This document shows positions 1 to 12,235 of a stretch of 64,000 nucleotides of DNA, in pieces. The notes beneath the pieces are model-generated. The model did not search any database, had not been told where the DNA came from, and saw only the letters and a program-made list of their open reading frames with translations. The number at the start of each line of letters is the position of its first letter. Position 1 is the stretch's first letter. The position numbers and the translations under genes were made by a program. Source of the stretch: Malacoraja senta (lineage: Eukaryota); contig CM075980.1 of NCBI GenBank assembly GCA_038087875.1, forward strand, positions 9,176,001 through 9,240,000, written 5' to 3'.

Positions 1-159
1 TATTCCAGCATTGCATTAATGTAGCAGCTATATTATATACTCATATGCTAAAGTTAGATGTGAATTGTGACTGGTAGGGCTGTACAATGAAAAGCTAACA
101 AATGTATTTATCGATTTACGCTGCATCAGCAAGGCCACCAGCATAATCAAGGACAAATC

Positions 160-1672
160 TGTAGATTAACCATATTAATCCATGCCGATATAATCTCCAC
201 TACACATATTATGCATGCCACACATTCCACCTAGTAATCCAGTCCGGGTTTTGGGCATCATGAGTACTGTACCCTTGACAGCCTGTCGTTATGTTACTGC
301 AGTTTAGAACGTAAGCTGATCTGATATGCATGGCTGTGTTTGATGCTCTCTCCTTGAAATTGTAATAAAAGACTGATGGTTCACTCTCGACTGTAATGGA
401 TCTCTTACAAACATGGTGATAGAAGTGGGATTCGAACCCACGACTCCAATTGGAGGCCAATTGGAGCTTGCTGTAGCGTCCTTTCCCTATCTGACTTTAA
501 AAAAGTTCACAACAAAGAACCTATCATAAAAAAACAAATGCCAAGCTGCACCCATTCGGTGGACGAGAAGTTCAACCAGTCGGAAAAGTAAAGCTGCAAT
601 GCTACCTAGCGTCCCAGGTCAACAACCTGGATTTTTTCATTGTCCGAGGGAAAGTGCCCCTCCTTCTGGGCATCGATGCATGCCATGATATGGGCCTGGT
701 CACCTTCAGTAAAGCTGTGCACCAGCTGTCCACCATCCAGAGTCCTACTCAACAACAACTCTCACAGTACAAGGACCCTTCCAAGACCATTGCCATCAGC
801 GAGATGCCAGCACCCACAGACGTAACTGCTCTGCAACAATTTCTTGGCATGGCAAACTACCTGGGAAAGTTCATCCCAAACTTCAGCGAACTCTCAGCCC
901 TGCTGCGGCAGCTAACTCACAATGACGCGTCCTGGCACGAGCACCAACAGAGGGCGTTCGACACCCTCAAACAACAAATGTCTTGCGCTCCCACCCTCAC
1001 ATACTTCAAAGTCATGTAGCCCGTCACCCTAACTTGCGATGCCTCCCAGTACTGGCTGGGTGCTGCCTGCCTACAAGACGTCGGTAAGGGTCCCTGACCT
1101 GTCGCCTATGCCTCACCACTCTAGCCGCTGCCATTACAGTCCCCGTTTTCGCCCCCAACGCCGGCAAGACCAATACCTTCTCCTGTTCAATCCCCAGTGA
1201 AGGAAGTTGAGGGGTACTACCGTACACATGCAGGACGTGTTTGCAAGCCGAACCCGAGAATTGGAAAATTCACCGGCTATGTCTGAACTGTGTACGACCT
1301 GCTTTATTTTACGCGCTTGCACGCCGTATAAGTAAAGTGCACTCACCCTATACTGGTGTTTTACATTATATTCTGCCGTGTTTTTTTATTATGCATTGCT
1401 TCTTTAAGAGGAAGGATGTTGATTAACCATATTAATCCATGCCTATATAATCTCCACTACACATATTATGCATGCCGCACATTCCACCTAGTAATCCAGT
1501 CCAGGTTTTGGGCATCATGAGTACTGTACCCTTGACAGCCTGTCGTTATGTTACTGCAGTTTAGAACGTAAGCTGGTCTGATTTGCACGGCTGTGTTTGA
1601 TGCTCTCTTCTTGAAATCGTAATAAAAGACTGATGATTCACTCTAGACTTTGTAATGGTTCTCTTACAAACA
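160..1672 (+). mobile_element. Internally deleted Ty3/Gypsy LTR retrotransposon (LTRs 160-413 and 1417-1672)
   Basis: Two ~255-bp TG...CA direct repeats containing AATAAA; tRNA-Leu primer-binding site from 414; polypurine tract AAGAGGAAGGA at 1406-1416; pol remnants FLGMANYLGKFIPNFS and PVTLTCDAS; imperfect 5-bp target duplication AAATC/GAGTC. Confidence 0.93.
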
Positions 1673-1975
1673 GAGTCTCACCATGGCCACTCCCTTTTCT
1701 CCCACGTCCCATTGGGCAAGAGGTACAGAAGTGTGAAAATGCATACCTCCAGATTCAGGGACAATTTCTTCCCAGCTGTTATCAAGCAACTGAACTATCC
1801 TATCAACAACTAGAGAGTGGTATTGAACTACTAACTACCTCAGACTAACTTTAATTAGACTTTACTGGAATTGCACTAAACGTTATTCCATTTATCTGCA
1901 CACTGTGAATGGTTAGCACGCAACAACAAGCCATTCACTGTTCCTTGGTATACTTGACAATAGACTAAACTAAAC
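1673..1975 (+). mobile_element. Rex1/Babar-type LINE 3' end, split by the LTR element (5' part at about 115-159)
   Basis: Encodes RFRDNFFPAVIKQLN-like C-terminus; (AAACT)n tail; sequence continues across the LTR insertion. Confidence 0.7.
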
Positions 1976-4959
1976 CATATGAACAGGAGCTGGGAGCCTG
2001 CAACTGCACTATGGAGACCAATTTGGTATTCCAAGAGGTATGCAAGGTATCTATCCTTATCCAATTTACAGCAGAATTACCAGAAATCAGGTACGATCAT
2101 AAAGGTCCAATTGTGTGATACGTTTATGTAAATCCCCCCCTGAGATTGGTCACACTAAGACTGGATGTAATAAGGGTAGGCAGATGAGACTCTTTAAAGA
2201 CACAGTAAAGACCTTCCTAAAATCTTCCCGTATGAACTCAACACCTAGGTTAGAAGGATAGCTGACAATGGGAGAATATCTGCACGGTGACCTTCAGTGA
2301 ACATGAGATGTGGCACATGAAACAACATGCTTCAACAGGCATTCTGTGTGTGAAGCTATACCTGAAAAATTAGGAGCTGGACTTGTCACTCATTAGTGCA
2401 CCCCATATTGAATCCTCCATTGCTTCGACAAGAGATTCCATCATCATTGCATTGGTATTTAGTTTCTCTCAATTTATCATTGATCCAAATCTGAGGCGGG
2501 ATCTCTGGTGATACAAGGTTTACATTCATCCTAACCATCTAATGCAATTGCTTACATTCAAGAATGTATGTTTTTCAAAAGGCATGTGGAAAATGGCTTC
2601 TATTTGGCTTTCTTAATGTTGGCCAATTTTACTGTAAAGTACTGATGTTGTAACTCATAGACTGCTTGATGAAAGCTATATACTTGCACATTTGTGTGGT
2701 AGCCAAGTGCTTCTGCTGAGTAAAAGAGATGAAATGTAATAATTTCATTGTTATTCAGAAATTATGACGTGGTTTATACTTCATTTGCCCTGACATGGAA
2801 ATACTGTGTGTTATGCTTGGGTCTGTAATGTACACTTAAATAAGAAAAGTGTCAAAACTGAGTGTGTTAAGTAGCAGGCGGTTGGCCAGAGGAAGTTCTG
2901 TTTTTGATTGATAAGCAAATAACTTGTTTTTGTCCAGTATCCGTTTGCTCAAAATGTTTCAAGATTCTGAATCACTTTTGAAGTCTGGATTCCACTGCTA
3001 TGTCAGAAAAAAACGAGAATAGCTAATTTGATTGCAGTACAAGTTTTAAGAGTAAGAAAGGTTCAAACTAGTTAAATCCCAAGCCATCTTACCATCAAAG
3101 TGGTACTTTTTAAAAGTGTTATCACTTTTTTGTAAATGGAGAAACATGTAACTAATTTATGGACTGCATGCTATCTGCCGCAAGCAACAATGGGTAATGT
3201 GGTCAAATGTTCTGGATCAAGTATGGATTGTTTTATTATGTTGGCGAGGATAAAAATTGACTAAATTGGTGGAGAGTCTATGCTGCACTTTTTGAAATTC
3301 ATCAACAGATGTTTTCAATTCACATGAATGTGATCTCTATTGTGGAGATCATTGTCAACCCTCACTTCCTGTCTCAAGGAAGCAGTATTGATATTAATGT
3401 TAGGATTTGGTTAAAACTTGGTTCAGAGACTTTACTTGGTACTTAACTAGCTTTAGTTGAAATATGCTCAGCAATCATAAAATAATAATACAGCAGTTTC
3501 TGGTTGCAAAATCAGAAGTGATCTTCAAGTCATTCAACTGGCCTGCTTGCTGTACTTGGCTTCTGTCCAAAAGAGGAACCAAGCATATTAGGTATGTAAA
3601 AATGGAGCTCCTTCACATGGTGGTAGTAGGTATTGCAATATTTCAGAGTCTGAAGAAGGGTCTCGATCCAGCGTTGCTGCCTGTCCCGCTGAGTTACTCC
3701 AGCATTTTGTGTCTATCTTTGCAATATTTCAAGTTACTGTATTTCACATTGTGGTTGCTGGTTTGTTTATTAGCTGTGAAACTCTTCGATGTGTAGCCCC
3801 ATTATGGTTGAACAGTTCATATATTGCAATCCTTTTACTCTCAATTATGAAATGAATTGTATTGTCTATGTCAAAACTTTCTATGATGTCCACCTGACCT
3901 GGGAAAGCATCAGCATTTCAATTAGACATATACAATTTTAAACAATTAAGTGTTTTAAAAGGAAAAATAAAGTTCAGACATCAATACACAGCTTTCTGAA
4001 CTACGGTACTTTCTTTATAAATTAGAAAATCAAATAATTGTCAATGAACTAGTTGTCCAGACTGGTTGGTCTTTTAAAACCGTGGTTAATTTTACTAAAG
4101 CAGTGGTGTTTTATCCAGAGCTGTTACTCCCAAGATATTTACAATTAATTTGAATTGTACTTCTGAGGGTTTGAAACTAGATAGATTCTTCCCGTGAATG
4201 GATGGATGAGTCTCTGTCAAACACCACAGTCTGTCTGAGTAGACATGCTGGGGGCTCATTCCATTGCTTTATGTATGAAGAATATCCAGTCTTGAAAGCA
4301 ATTCAGCCAACTCAAAACTGTTTTTCTGTGGCTGTAGACATAGATTAAAACAAATAAGATTGGCTGTCAAAACAATTAAGATTTGGTTGTGCAGAAATTA
4401 AATGCTTTATAATCTCTTTGAAATTTTGGAACAACTTCCACCCCTGCACCCCACTCCTCTGCCACCAGAATTAGCAAGGTTAGAACAATTGAACTGTAAA
4501 ATATTATGGAGCAGACATGAACATTGGGCCTTTTTCTGTGCCAGCAAAAATGTGCTCTTTGTATTGTTCCTACTTCCCAGATGTCCATTCATAGCCTTAT
4601 TGGTTACAATATTTCAGGTAATCTAACAGGCACCTAGTAAATGAAATAAGGATTTCATTAATAAGGACTTTTCCACCCTCAGAGAACTTCAGTCCAATTA
4701 CTACTCTGAGTGGAGAAAACAAATCGTAGTTCCCCTCTAATCCATCTACAGATTAATTTACCGTTAAATCCATGTCCACACTGAGGAAAATAGATTCTTC
4801 CTCTTCATTCTCTCTGGATCCCATATAGCCTTATGCAACACAATTAGATCTCCCTTTATCTTCTTTTGTTCACCAGTCTCGCCACCTAATTTCCTTTCAT
4901 AGATCCTGGCAACATCCTTATAAATCCTAGTGCTTTAGTGCTCTCATATCCTTCCAATA

Positions 4960-5550
4960 CAGTAAACACTTGTTTTAACAGGCCTCTTTATAACAGATTT
5001 TGGTTATGGCGATCAGACCCTCCAATGCCACCACTGGCTCGCAAGGTGCACCCGCAAGCCCTTCGTCACCCACTGCACGGTCCATTGACGTGGCTATTGT
5101 TGTGGCTAACATTGTAGCCCTATGGAGAGAGCACTTTCTTCAGGCCACTGCCACAACCCGGATGCACTCAGTTACTGTGGGACTCCCTCCCCTCTCACCA
5201 ACTGCTGACGCTTCCTTTGCTTTGTCCGCTCTCATTTTCTCTCATTTGTCTGTCCACTTGGCCTCTTTCCCCCACGCCCCATCCACCACCGCCACTCCAC
5301 CTACCCCGGACTTGCAACATACTCCACCTTGGAAGTACTCGGCAACTGTAGGAGAGGAGAAGGCGACAGTGGATGGGGTGCGGACAAAGCGAAAGAAGAG
5401 CGGCAGCTGGTGAGAGGGGAAGGAGCTCCACAGTGACCGAGCGCATCCTAATGTTGGCAGCAGTCTTAGGAAAGTGCTGCCCAACAGTGGCTACAACATG
5501 AATCGCAACGACAGCCACAGCGTCTGGTGAGGAAGGGCTCGCTGGTGCAG
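4960..5550. mobile_element. Tc1/mariner (Tigger-like) non-autonomous element fragment with an internal palindrome
   Basis: TA|CAGTAAAC terminus; reverse-complement similarity to 44300-44584; inverted arms at about 5046-5230 and 5380-5549. Confidence 0.65.
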
Positions 5551-5739
5551 AGTTTTAAGATGAAATGGCACAAAGTGCTGGAATAACTGCAGACTGAATC
5601 AGTCTGAAGAAGTGTCTCGTCATCGTCTATCCATGTTCTCCAGAGATGCTGTCTGACCCGCTGAGTTACTCCAGCACTTTGTGTCCTTTTGAGTATTAGC
5701 CATAATTTGCAGTTCTTTCAATGATAATATCTTTCTTGG

Positions 5740-7680
5740 TTAAATGTGAGCTTGAATAAGATCGGTTTATTCTCACTGGGGCAAAGAAAGTTGTGGAGGG
5801 ACCTAACAGAGGTTTATCAAATTATCAAGGATAAAGATTGTATACATGGTCAGAATCTTTTGCTCAGTCCAAGAGAGTCGAGAACTAGTGGGCACTGGTT
5901 TAAGGTGAGAAGGGTGAAATTAAAATGAGATCTGTTAAATAAGTTTTAAACACATAGGATGATTAATATCTGAAAAAAAACTGAGAGGAGGTGATGAAGC
6001 CAGATTGTTACAATGTTTAAAAAATGTTTGGACAGGTGAAGATGTACTTAATGTGGGAAAATGGGATTAGTGTAGATAGGAATCGTGGTTTGCATAGACG
6101 TGTTGAGCTGAAATTTGAGGAAGGACATCCTTGTGATCGAGGCAGTGCAGCGTAGGTTCACGAGATTGAATCCTGGGATGGCGGGACTGTCATATGAGGT
6201 AAGATTGAAAAGACTAGGCTTGTATTCCCTGGAGTTTAGAAGGATGAGGGGGATCTTATAGAAACATATAAAATTATAAAAGGACTTGGCAGGCTAGATG
6301 CAGGAAGAATGTTCCCAATGTTGGGCGAGTCCAGAACCAGGGGCCACAGTCTTAGAATAAAGGGGGGGGGGCAGTTAGGACTGAGGTGAGAAAAAACGTT
6401 TTCACCCAGGGAGTTGTGAATTTGTGGAATTCCCTGCCACAGAGGGCAGTGGAGTCCAAATCACTGGATGGATTTAAGAGAGAGTTAGATAGAGCTCTAG
6501 GGGCTGGTGGAATCAAGGGATATGGGGAGAATGCAGGCACGGGTTATTGATTGGGGACGATCAGCCATGATCTCAATGAATTGCGGTGCTGGCTCGAAGG
6601 GCCGAATGGCCTCCTCCTGCACCTATTTTCTATGTTTCTATGAAAGGAGCTATTTCTGTGCATTTTGTGTCTCATTTCAATGGATGCATTTGGATTTCCA
6701 GAAGATGTACACAAGGTTATCAAAAATTAATTACTTGTGGCTTTGGGGTAATAATTAACATAATTAGAGGTTTAGGTAACTAGCATAAAACAGATAGAAT
6801 AAATGCATAATATTTTTAGATTTACAAGCTGTGTTCAGTCGGGTACAGCTGAGGTGAATGATGGACCTCAACTATTTCCAATCATTATTTACAACACAGA
6901 TAAAGTGATTGAATGCTTGATTTGCTTCTGGTACAAATATAGGTAGGAAAACAAATTCAGATGCAAAGAGTCTGCAAAGGGATATAGATAGGTTAAGTGA
7001 GGGTTGGTAGATAGAGTCTTATCTGACGATGTTTACTGTATTATTTAAATTAAGAGAACCTGCAGAATACTGCTGTACAGAAGGATCTTGGTGTCTTCCA
7101 ATATGAAAGAAAAGCTTAGCATGCAGGTTCAGTAAATAATTAGAAAAACAAATGGAATGTTAGCTTTTATTGCAATGGGGATGGAGTCTGAAAGTGCTGC
7201 ACCTTTACAGAACACTCGTGAAGCCATTCCGTGTTATTTCATACAATTCTGTTTTCTATTTATGGAAGGACAGACTTTCAATGAAGGCAGTTCAGAAAAT
7301 ATTTATTGTGGTTCAGAAGAAGGTGGTGTTTTAGACAGAAAGCTTGAGCAGATTGGGCTGTTACTCAGTGGAGTTTAGAAGAATGAATGTTGATTTTTAT
7401 TGAAAATGTAAGATTTTGAATGTCCTTGACAAGGAGTTTACCCTCAGGGGAGAATCAAGGCCCTGGGCATTGTTTAAGAATAAAAGGTTACTGTTGTAAG
7501 ATAGAAATGAAAAGGACGTGCTACTTTCAGTGAATCTCCAGTTTTACACCCTAAAGAGCAGCAGAGGCTGCATCATTGAATGTATTCCTTGCTGGAATAA
7601 ATATATTTTTAGTTTTTTTGAGGTTATGGGGAGCATGCATAAATGTGGAGCTGAAGTTAAGAAAAGATAAGCCCAAGATC
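5740..7680 (+). mobile_element. Cluster of CR1 LINE fragments, with a young copy at about 6112-6642
   Basis: CR1 ORF2 C-terminal motifs (GLYSLEFRRMRG, SRTRGH) and a (TTTCTATG)n tail. Confidence 0.85.
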
Positions 7681-7772
7681 ACAAGAAATTTGGTTTGTGG
7701 TGTGTGCAAAATAATTGCTGCGTTTGTATGCTTGTTAATAGATCAGATTGACATCTGCCCATCATCATATCT

Positions 7773-8357
7773 TTTTTTAATTTTTTTTAAAACATTTTTT
7801 TAATTTTATTAGAAGTAAGTACAATTGTATACAATCATATTTTCATAATACCTTTTATGTACAGCTTCTTCTTTTAAAATTTTTTTGAAATAAAGAAGAA
7901 AAAGAAAAAAGTTAGATAATGAAAAATAGAAAAATGTGAGATATATATAGTGTGTGAAAAATAAAAATAAAGAATGAAAAAAGAAAGTTGAGACATAGAA
8001 AATAGAAGAAAGAGAATAAAAGAAAAGAAGAGAAGAAAAGAAAATAGAAGGAGATCATTTATAATCTTGACCATCCGCAGTCACGGATTAGCTTTTACAC
8101 CTGTTTTGCACCATACGTTTCCAAAAAGACGACAAATGGAGACCAACTCGTTATGAATTGGTCAAATTTATCTATTAGGAGGAATCGCATTTCCTCAAGA
8201 TGTGCGGTATCCAACATACTTGCAATCCACATTTTGAGCGTTGGTATTGGTGTATTTTTCCAAAATTTCAATATTAATTTTTTTGCTATTATTAAACCAT
8301 AATTAAAAATTGACTTTTGAGATGAGCTCAATTTGTTCCCGTCTTCCATTACCCCAA
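7773..8357 (-). mobile_element. 5'-truncated L1-clade LINE
   Basis: ORF2 C-terminus IAKKLILKFWKNTPIPTLKMW...FITSWSPF; A-rich tail; perfect 15-bp target duplication CCCATCATCATATCT (7758-7772 and 8358-8372). Confidence 0.88.
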
Positions 8358-9019
8358 CCCATCATCATATCTGAGGAATGTACTTCAATCTGTGCTATTA
8401 TTAATGTAATGTTATAATCAAATGTCCACATAAAAATAATAACCACAAAATGGAGTCTCGATTCTTGTCAGCAAATGCTCAAATCAGATGAAACCTCTGC
8501 CAGCTGAATCACTTTGACAGGCAGCCAGTGAATCCAAAAGGAACTGCTGGCTTTGAGCCATTTGTGCCCGAGGGTATCTTTCTAAATTAAATCTGAGACG
8601 CCCTGAAGGTTAGATGCCAGAGAACCTGATGACACACTGATTTGCTAAAGTGTGCATCTGAATGCAGTACATCTGCTCTCAGCTTTACATCTGGGCAGGC
8701 TTTCAGATAAATGCAAATTATGGCTTTGTAGACCCAGTGGACAAAAGGAAGTGCAGGTGAATTATTTTAAAAGTTGTAATTATTTATTGGCATTTTACTA
8801 TGTTTTGAATACAATAAACTGCTTGAAATTTTTTGAAAGAAGCTTGATTTTAGAAATTACATGCTTTTTTTGTATCTGACTACCAGAGACATTTTAAAAA
8901 GTAGAATCTGTATCTCAGCCTTCAATACCCAATGAACTGTTACCAGGGCAGGGTGTTTTGGAAATATAGCCTCGGGAAATACCTGAGGAAATACCTGAGG
9001 GGGAGTTTGGACTCTATTC

Positions 9020-9410
9020 TTTGGCGCACGGGAGATGAGGGATGATCTTACAGTATAGAGGTGTATAAGATCATGAGGAATTGATAGGGTGGATCCATAG
9101 TCATTAACCCAGAGTAGGGGAATCAAGAGCCAGAGGACATAGGTTTAAAGTGAGAGGGGGATAGATATAATAGAAAACTGAGGGGCAACTTTTTTCACAC
9201 AGAGGGTGTTGGTATATGGAATGAACTACCAGCGGAAGTAGTTGACGCAGGTACAATAACAATTTTTCAAAATCATTTAGACAGATACATGGACAGCAAA
9301 GGTTTAGAGTGATATGGGCCAAATATGGGCAGGTGGGACTAGTGTAGATGGGGCATCATGGTCGGCATCGGCAAGTTGGGCTGATGGGCCTGTTTCTGTG
9401 CTGTATGTTC
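9020..9410 (+). mobile_element. CR1 LINE 3' fragment
   Basis: MRDDL..VYKIMRGIDRV-like and SRARGHRFKV motifs; GGGCCTGTTTCTGTGCTGTA 3' end. Confidence 0.8.
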
Positions 9411-9879
9411 AAGGTATCTTGCAGCTGAAATAAGAAAAGCAAAATGTTACCGTGGGTGTGTGGATTTGAGGTGACGATGATTTGTCCAAATGATAGTGTG
9501 ATAGAGAAGATTGCTCAAAATCTTACAGAAAGCAAGGAGTAATAGGCAAGATAAAGCCCTCTTTTTCGCTTGCAGGTGCAAAAGGAAGATACTGACATAT
9601 TTTGGAGATGATATAAACCATGGGATAGCGAAATTGATCATGCTTGGTTAAGTGGAAGGATAAGAAGGAAGATATTAAGCAAGGTTAATGGATGGGATCA
9701 AAAGAGCCATTAGTATATTTTAGCAGCAGAATGGAACAGAAGTTGCTAGCTCGAAAATCTTGCCTATATGCTACAGTAATTTAAGCTTTGTGACAATCAT
9801 TTAGCAGATTGCAAGATACAACAACCGGCAAAGTGATAACGATCAGGTTTAATGATGTTGGTTTTAATGATGTTGGTTA

Positions 9880-10035
9880 TGGGAGCTATTTTGGCATGGA
9901 TACCAGGGATATTATCCATATTACGTTGTAAAATACTTTTTACATCCACCTGAGATATCAGAAGGGTCCTGGCTTAACGTCTCTCTGAAAGACTCCATAG
10001 TCAACAGTGCAGCAGTCTCTCTGTACTACATTGTG
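9880..10035 (+). mobile_element. Ancient DeuSINE (SacSINE1-like) remnant
   Basis: ttttacatccacctgag...ttaacgtctc..gaaagac...acagtgcagca resembles a recalled consensus; diverged. Confidence 0.45.
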
Positions 10036-11071
10036 TCACTGAAATTTCATGCTTGAACATTTACAGAGCGATGCCAACTCACTCTAAGAGTCAAAGGTGA
10101 GAAGAATAATACCACAGAAAGAGTTGAATTTAATTTAACCAGACTTGCCTACTCACAGTCTCAGGATACAATGGACATACTGTAGAGTAGGAAGAGGTTG
10201 CTGGGGAGTGCTAGAGTAAAGGTCAAACTAAAAAATTCCCATTCCAGTGTTCATATATTTGTAGTCAGAAAATGATCTACTTTTGTTTCTATTCTCACTT
10301 CTAGGAAAATATCTCTGTGACATTCCCACGGTCAATTTCTTCACTCCGTCACTCTCCAACCCTTTTAGTTCTCATCTATATTGCTACGCTGTGCAGTCTT
10401 TCCTGGACAGATCATGTTCCAATTGTATGCAGGTGATAGCTTTACAGCTCCACTATCTCAGACTTGCTGCAGTTTTTAATCTAACCGATATCAATAAATA
10501 TAAAATGTCCTCAGTCTTTGAACCCTAGCACAAACTCCATTTCCTTCACCATATCCTTGGACACCATCTGAAACTTAGCCAGGTGGTTTAGAGGCTAGAT
10601 ATTATTTAATGGAGCTGAGTTGTTAACTGTGTACACTGCGATGTTTATTTATACAAATGACACTAAAACTGTGTACACTGGTTTTCAACATTTTCAGTTC
10701 TGCCATTGCCTCAACTCGTGCTGATGAAACCTTCATCCATGCCTTTGTTACCACTGTTCCAAAGTTGTCCTCGCCATTCTCCCGTTAGCCTACATTGACA
10801 TGTATTGATCCAAAACACGGCAGCCTTTGTTTTGTTGTTGTCTCTCACTCACCCATAATGCTTGTGTCAGCAAGCCTAAATTGATCTGCATTCCAAGAAT
10901 GCCTTGATTTTTAAAATTCTGATCAATGTGTTGCCTCAGTAGATTCGACGCTGCCATCCCTCAGAACAATTCTTACAACTATTTCAACCTTTTAAACCTT
11001 CCAGATATCTTTGCATTACCAATTTTCTTGCATTCCCTGAATTTTTTGTTTCACTGTATCTTCAACTAGCA

Positions 11072-11285
11072 ATTGACTTCTCCAATTTCAGGTAGTCCTT
11101 GCTTTCTCCCTCCTTCCCCTCCCCTTCCCAGCTCTCCCACAGCCTACTGTCTCCGCCTCTTCTTCTTCCCGCCCCCTCCCCCCACCTCCACATCAGTCTG
11201 AAGAAGGGTCTCGACCCGAAACGTCACCTAATCCTTCGCTCCATAGATGCTGCCTCAACCATTGAGTTTCTCCAGCATTTTTGTC
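11072..11285 (+). mobile_element. Penelope-like element 3' fragment
   Basis: CTGAAGAAGGGTCTCGACCCGAAACGTC motif; flanked by a 15-bp repeat TATCTTCAACTAGCA (11057-11071 and 11286-11300). Confidence 0.75.
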
Positions 11286-11720
11286 TATCTTCAACTAGCA
11301 TGTCACTAAGCTCTGGAATTTCCAGTCTAAAAATCTCTCTCCTTCATTGACACTACCTTTATGACCAGGGTGTCTTCGTAATCTCTTGTCATGTGGTTTA
11401 TTGTCAATTTTCAGTTGACACTCATAATGTTGAGTGTGCTTTATAAATTCAAGTGGATTTTGGTTTCCTTTGAGATATAAGTATCTCAAGTGGTTGAAAT
11501 CTAAGTTTTGATTCAGCATTAGCTTTTCTGTTGGTCGTAAGATCGTGCATCTTGTAATACTGCAAAGCATGTCTTGACCAGTAGATAGAAAGTGTCATAA
11601 TTTGCATGAGGAAGGCAAGCAAATCCATGCACAAATATCCATTTCATGTGAAATTATTATGGCTTCTGACAATTTACATGAAATGGATATTTGTGCATGG
11701 ATTTGCTTGCCTTCCTTCAT

Positions 11721-12235
11721 CAAACTGCCCAAGCGAAATATGAGGGTGCTGCTCCTCCAATTTGCGGTGGGACACACTCTGACCATGGAGGAGGCCCAGG
11801 ACAGAAAGGTTGGATTCGGAATGGGAGGAGGAGTTGAAGTGCTGAGCTACCGGGAGATCAGGTTGGTTAATGCGAACTGAAGGGAGGTGTTCGGCGAAGC
11901 GATCGCCAAGCCTGCGCTTGGTCTCACTGATGTAGAGCAGTGGACACCTAGAACAGCGGATGCAATAGATGAGGTTGGAGGAGGTGCAGGTGAACCTTTG
12001 CCTCACCTGGAAAGACTGCTTGGGTCCTTGGATGGAGTCGAGGGGGGAGGTAAAGCGACAAGTGTAGCATTTCCTGCGGTTGCAAGGGAAAGTACCAGGG
12101 GAGGGGGTGGTTTGGGTGAGAAGGGACGAATTGACAAGGGAGTTACGGAGGGAGCGGTCTCTGCAGAAAGCCGAAAGGGGGGGAGATGGGAAGATGTGGC
12201 CACTGGTGAGATCCCTTTGGAGGTGGCGAAATGTT
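11721..12235 (-). mobile_element. Penelope-like retroelement fragment encoding a GIY-YIG endonuclease
   Basis: FTCTSSNLIYCIRCSRCPLLYISETKRRLGDRFAEH...PVAQHFN matches the Penelope GIY-YIG pattern. Confidence 0.9.

Noticed and set aside
414-460. tRNA-Leu gene on the minus strand
   Set aside because: Only the 3' half is present, it includes an encoded CCA, and it abuts an LTR, so it is a primer-binding site rather than a tRNA gene
10283-10528. Acceptor-like ctag followed by an 81-aa ORF in intron 1
   Set aside because: No recognisable homology and no support beyond a pyrimidine tract
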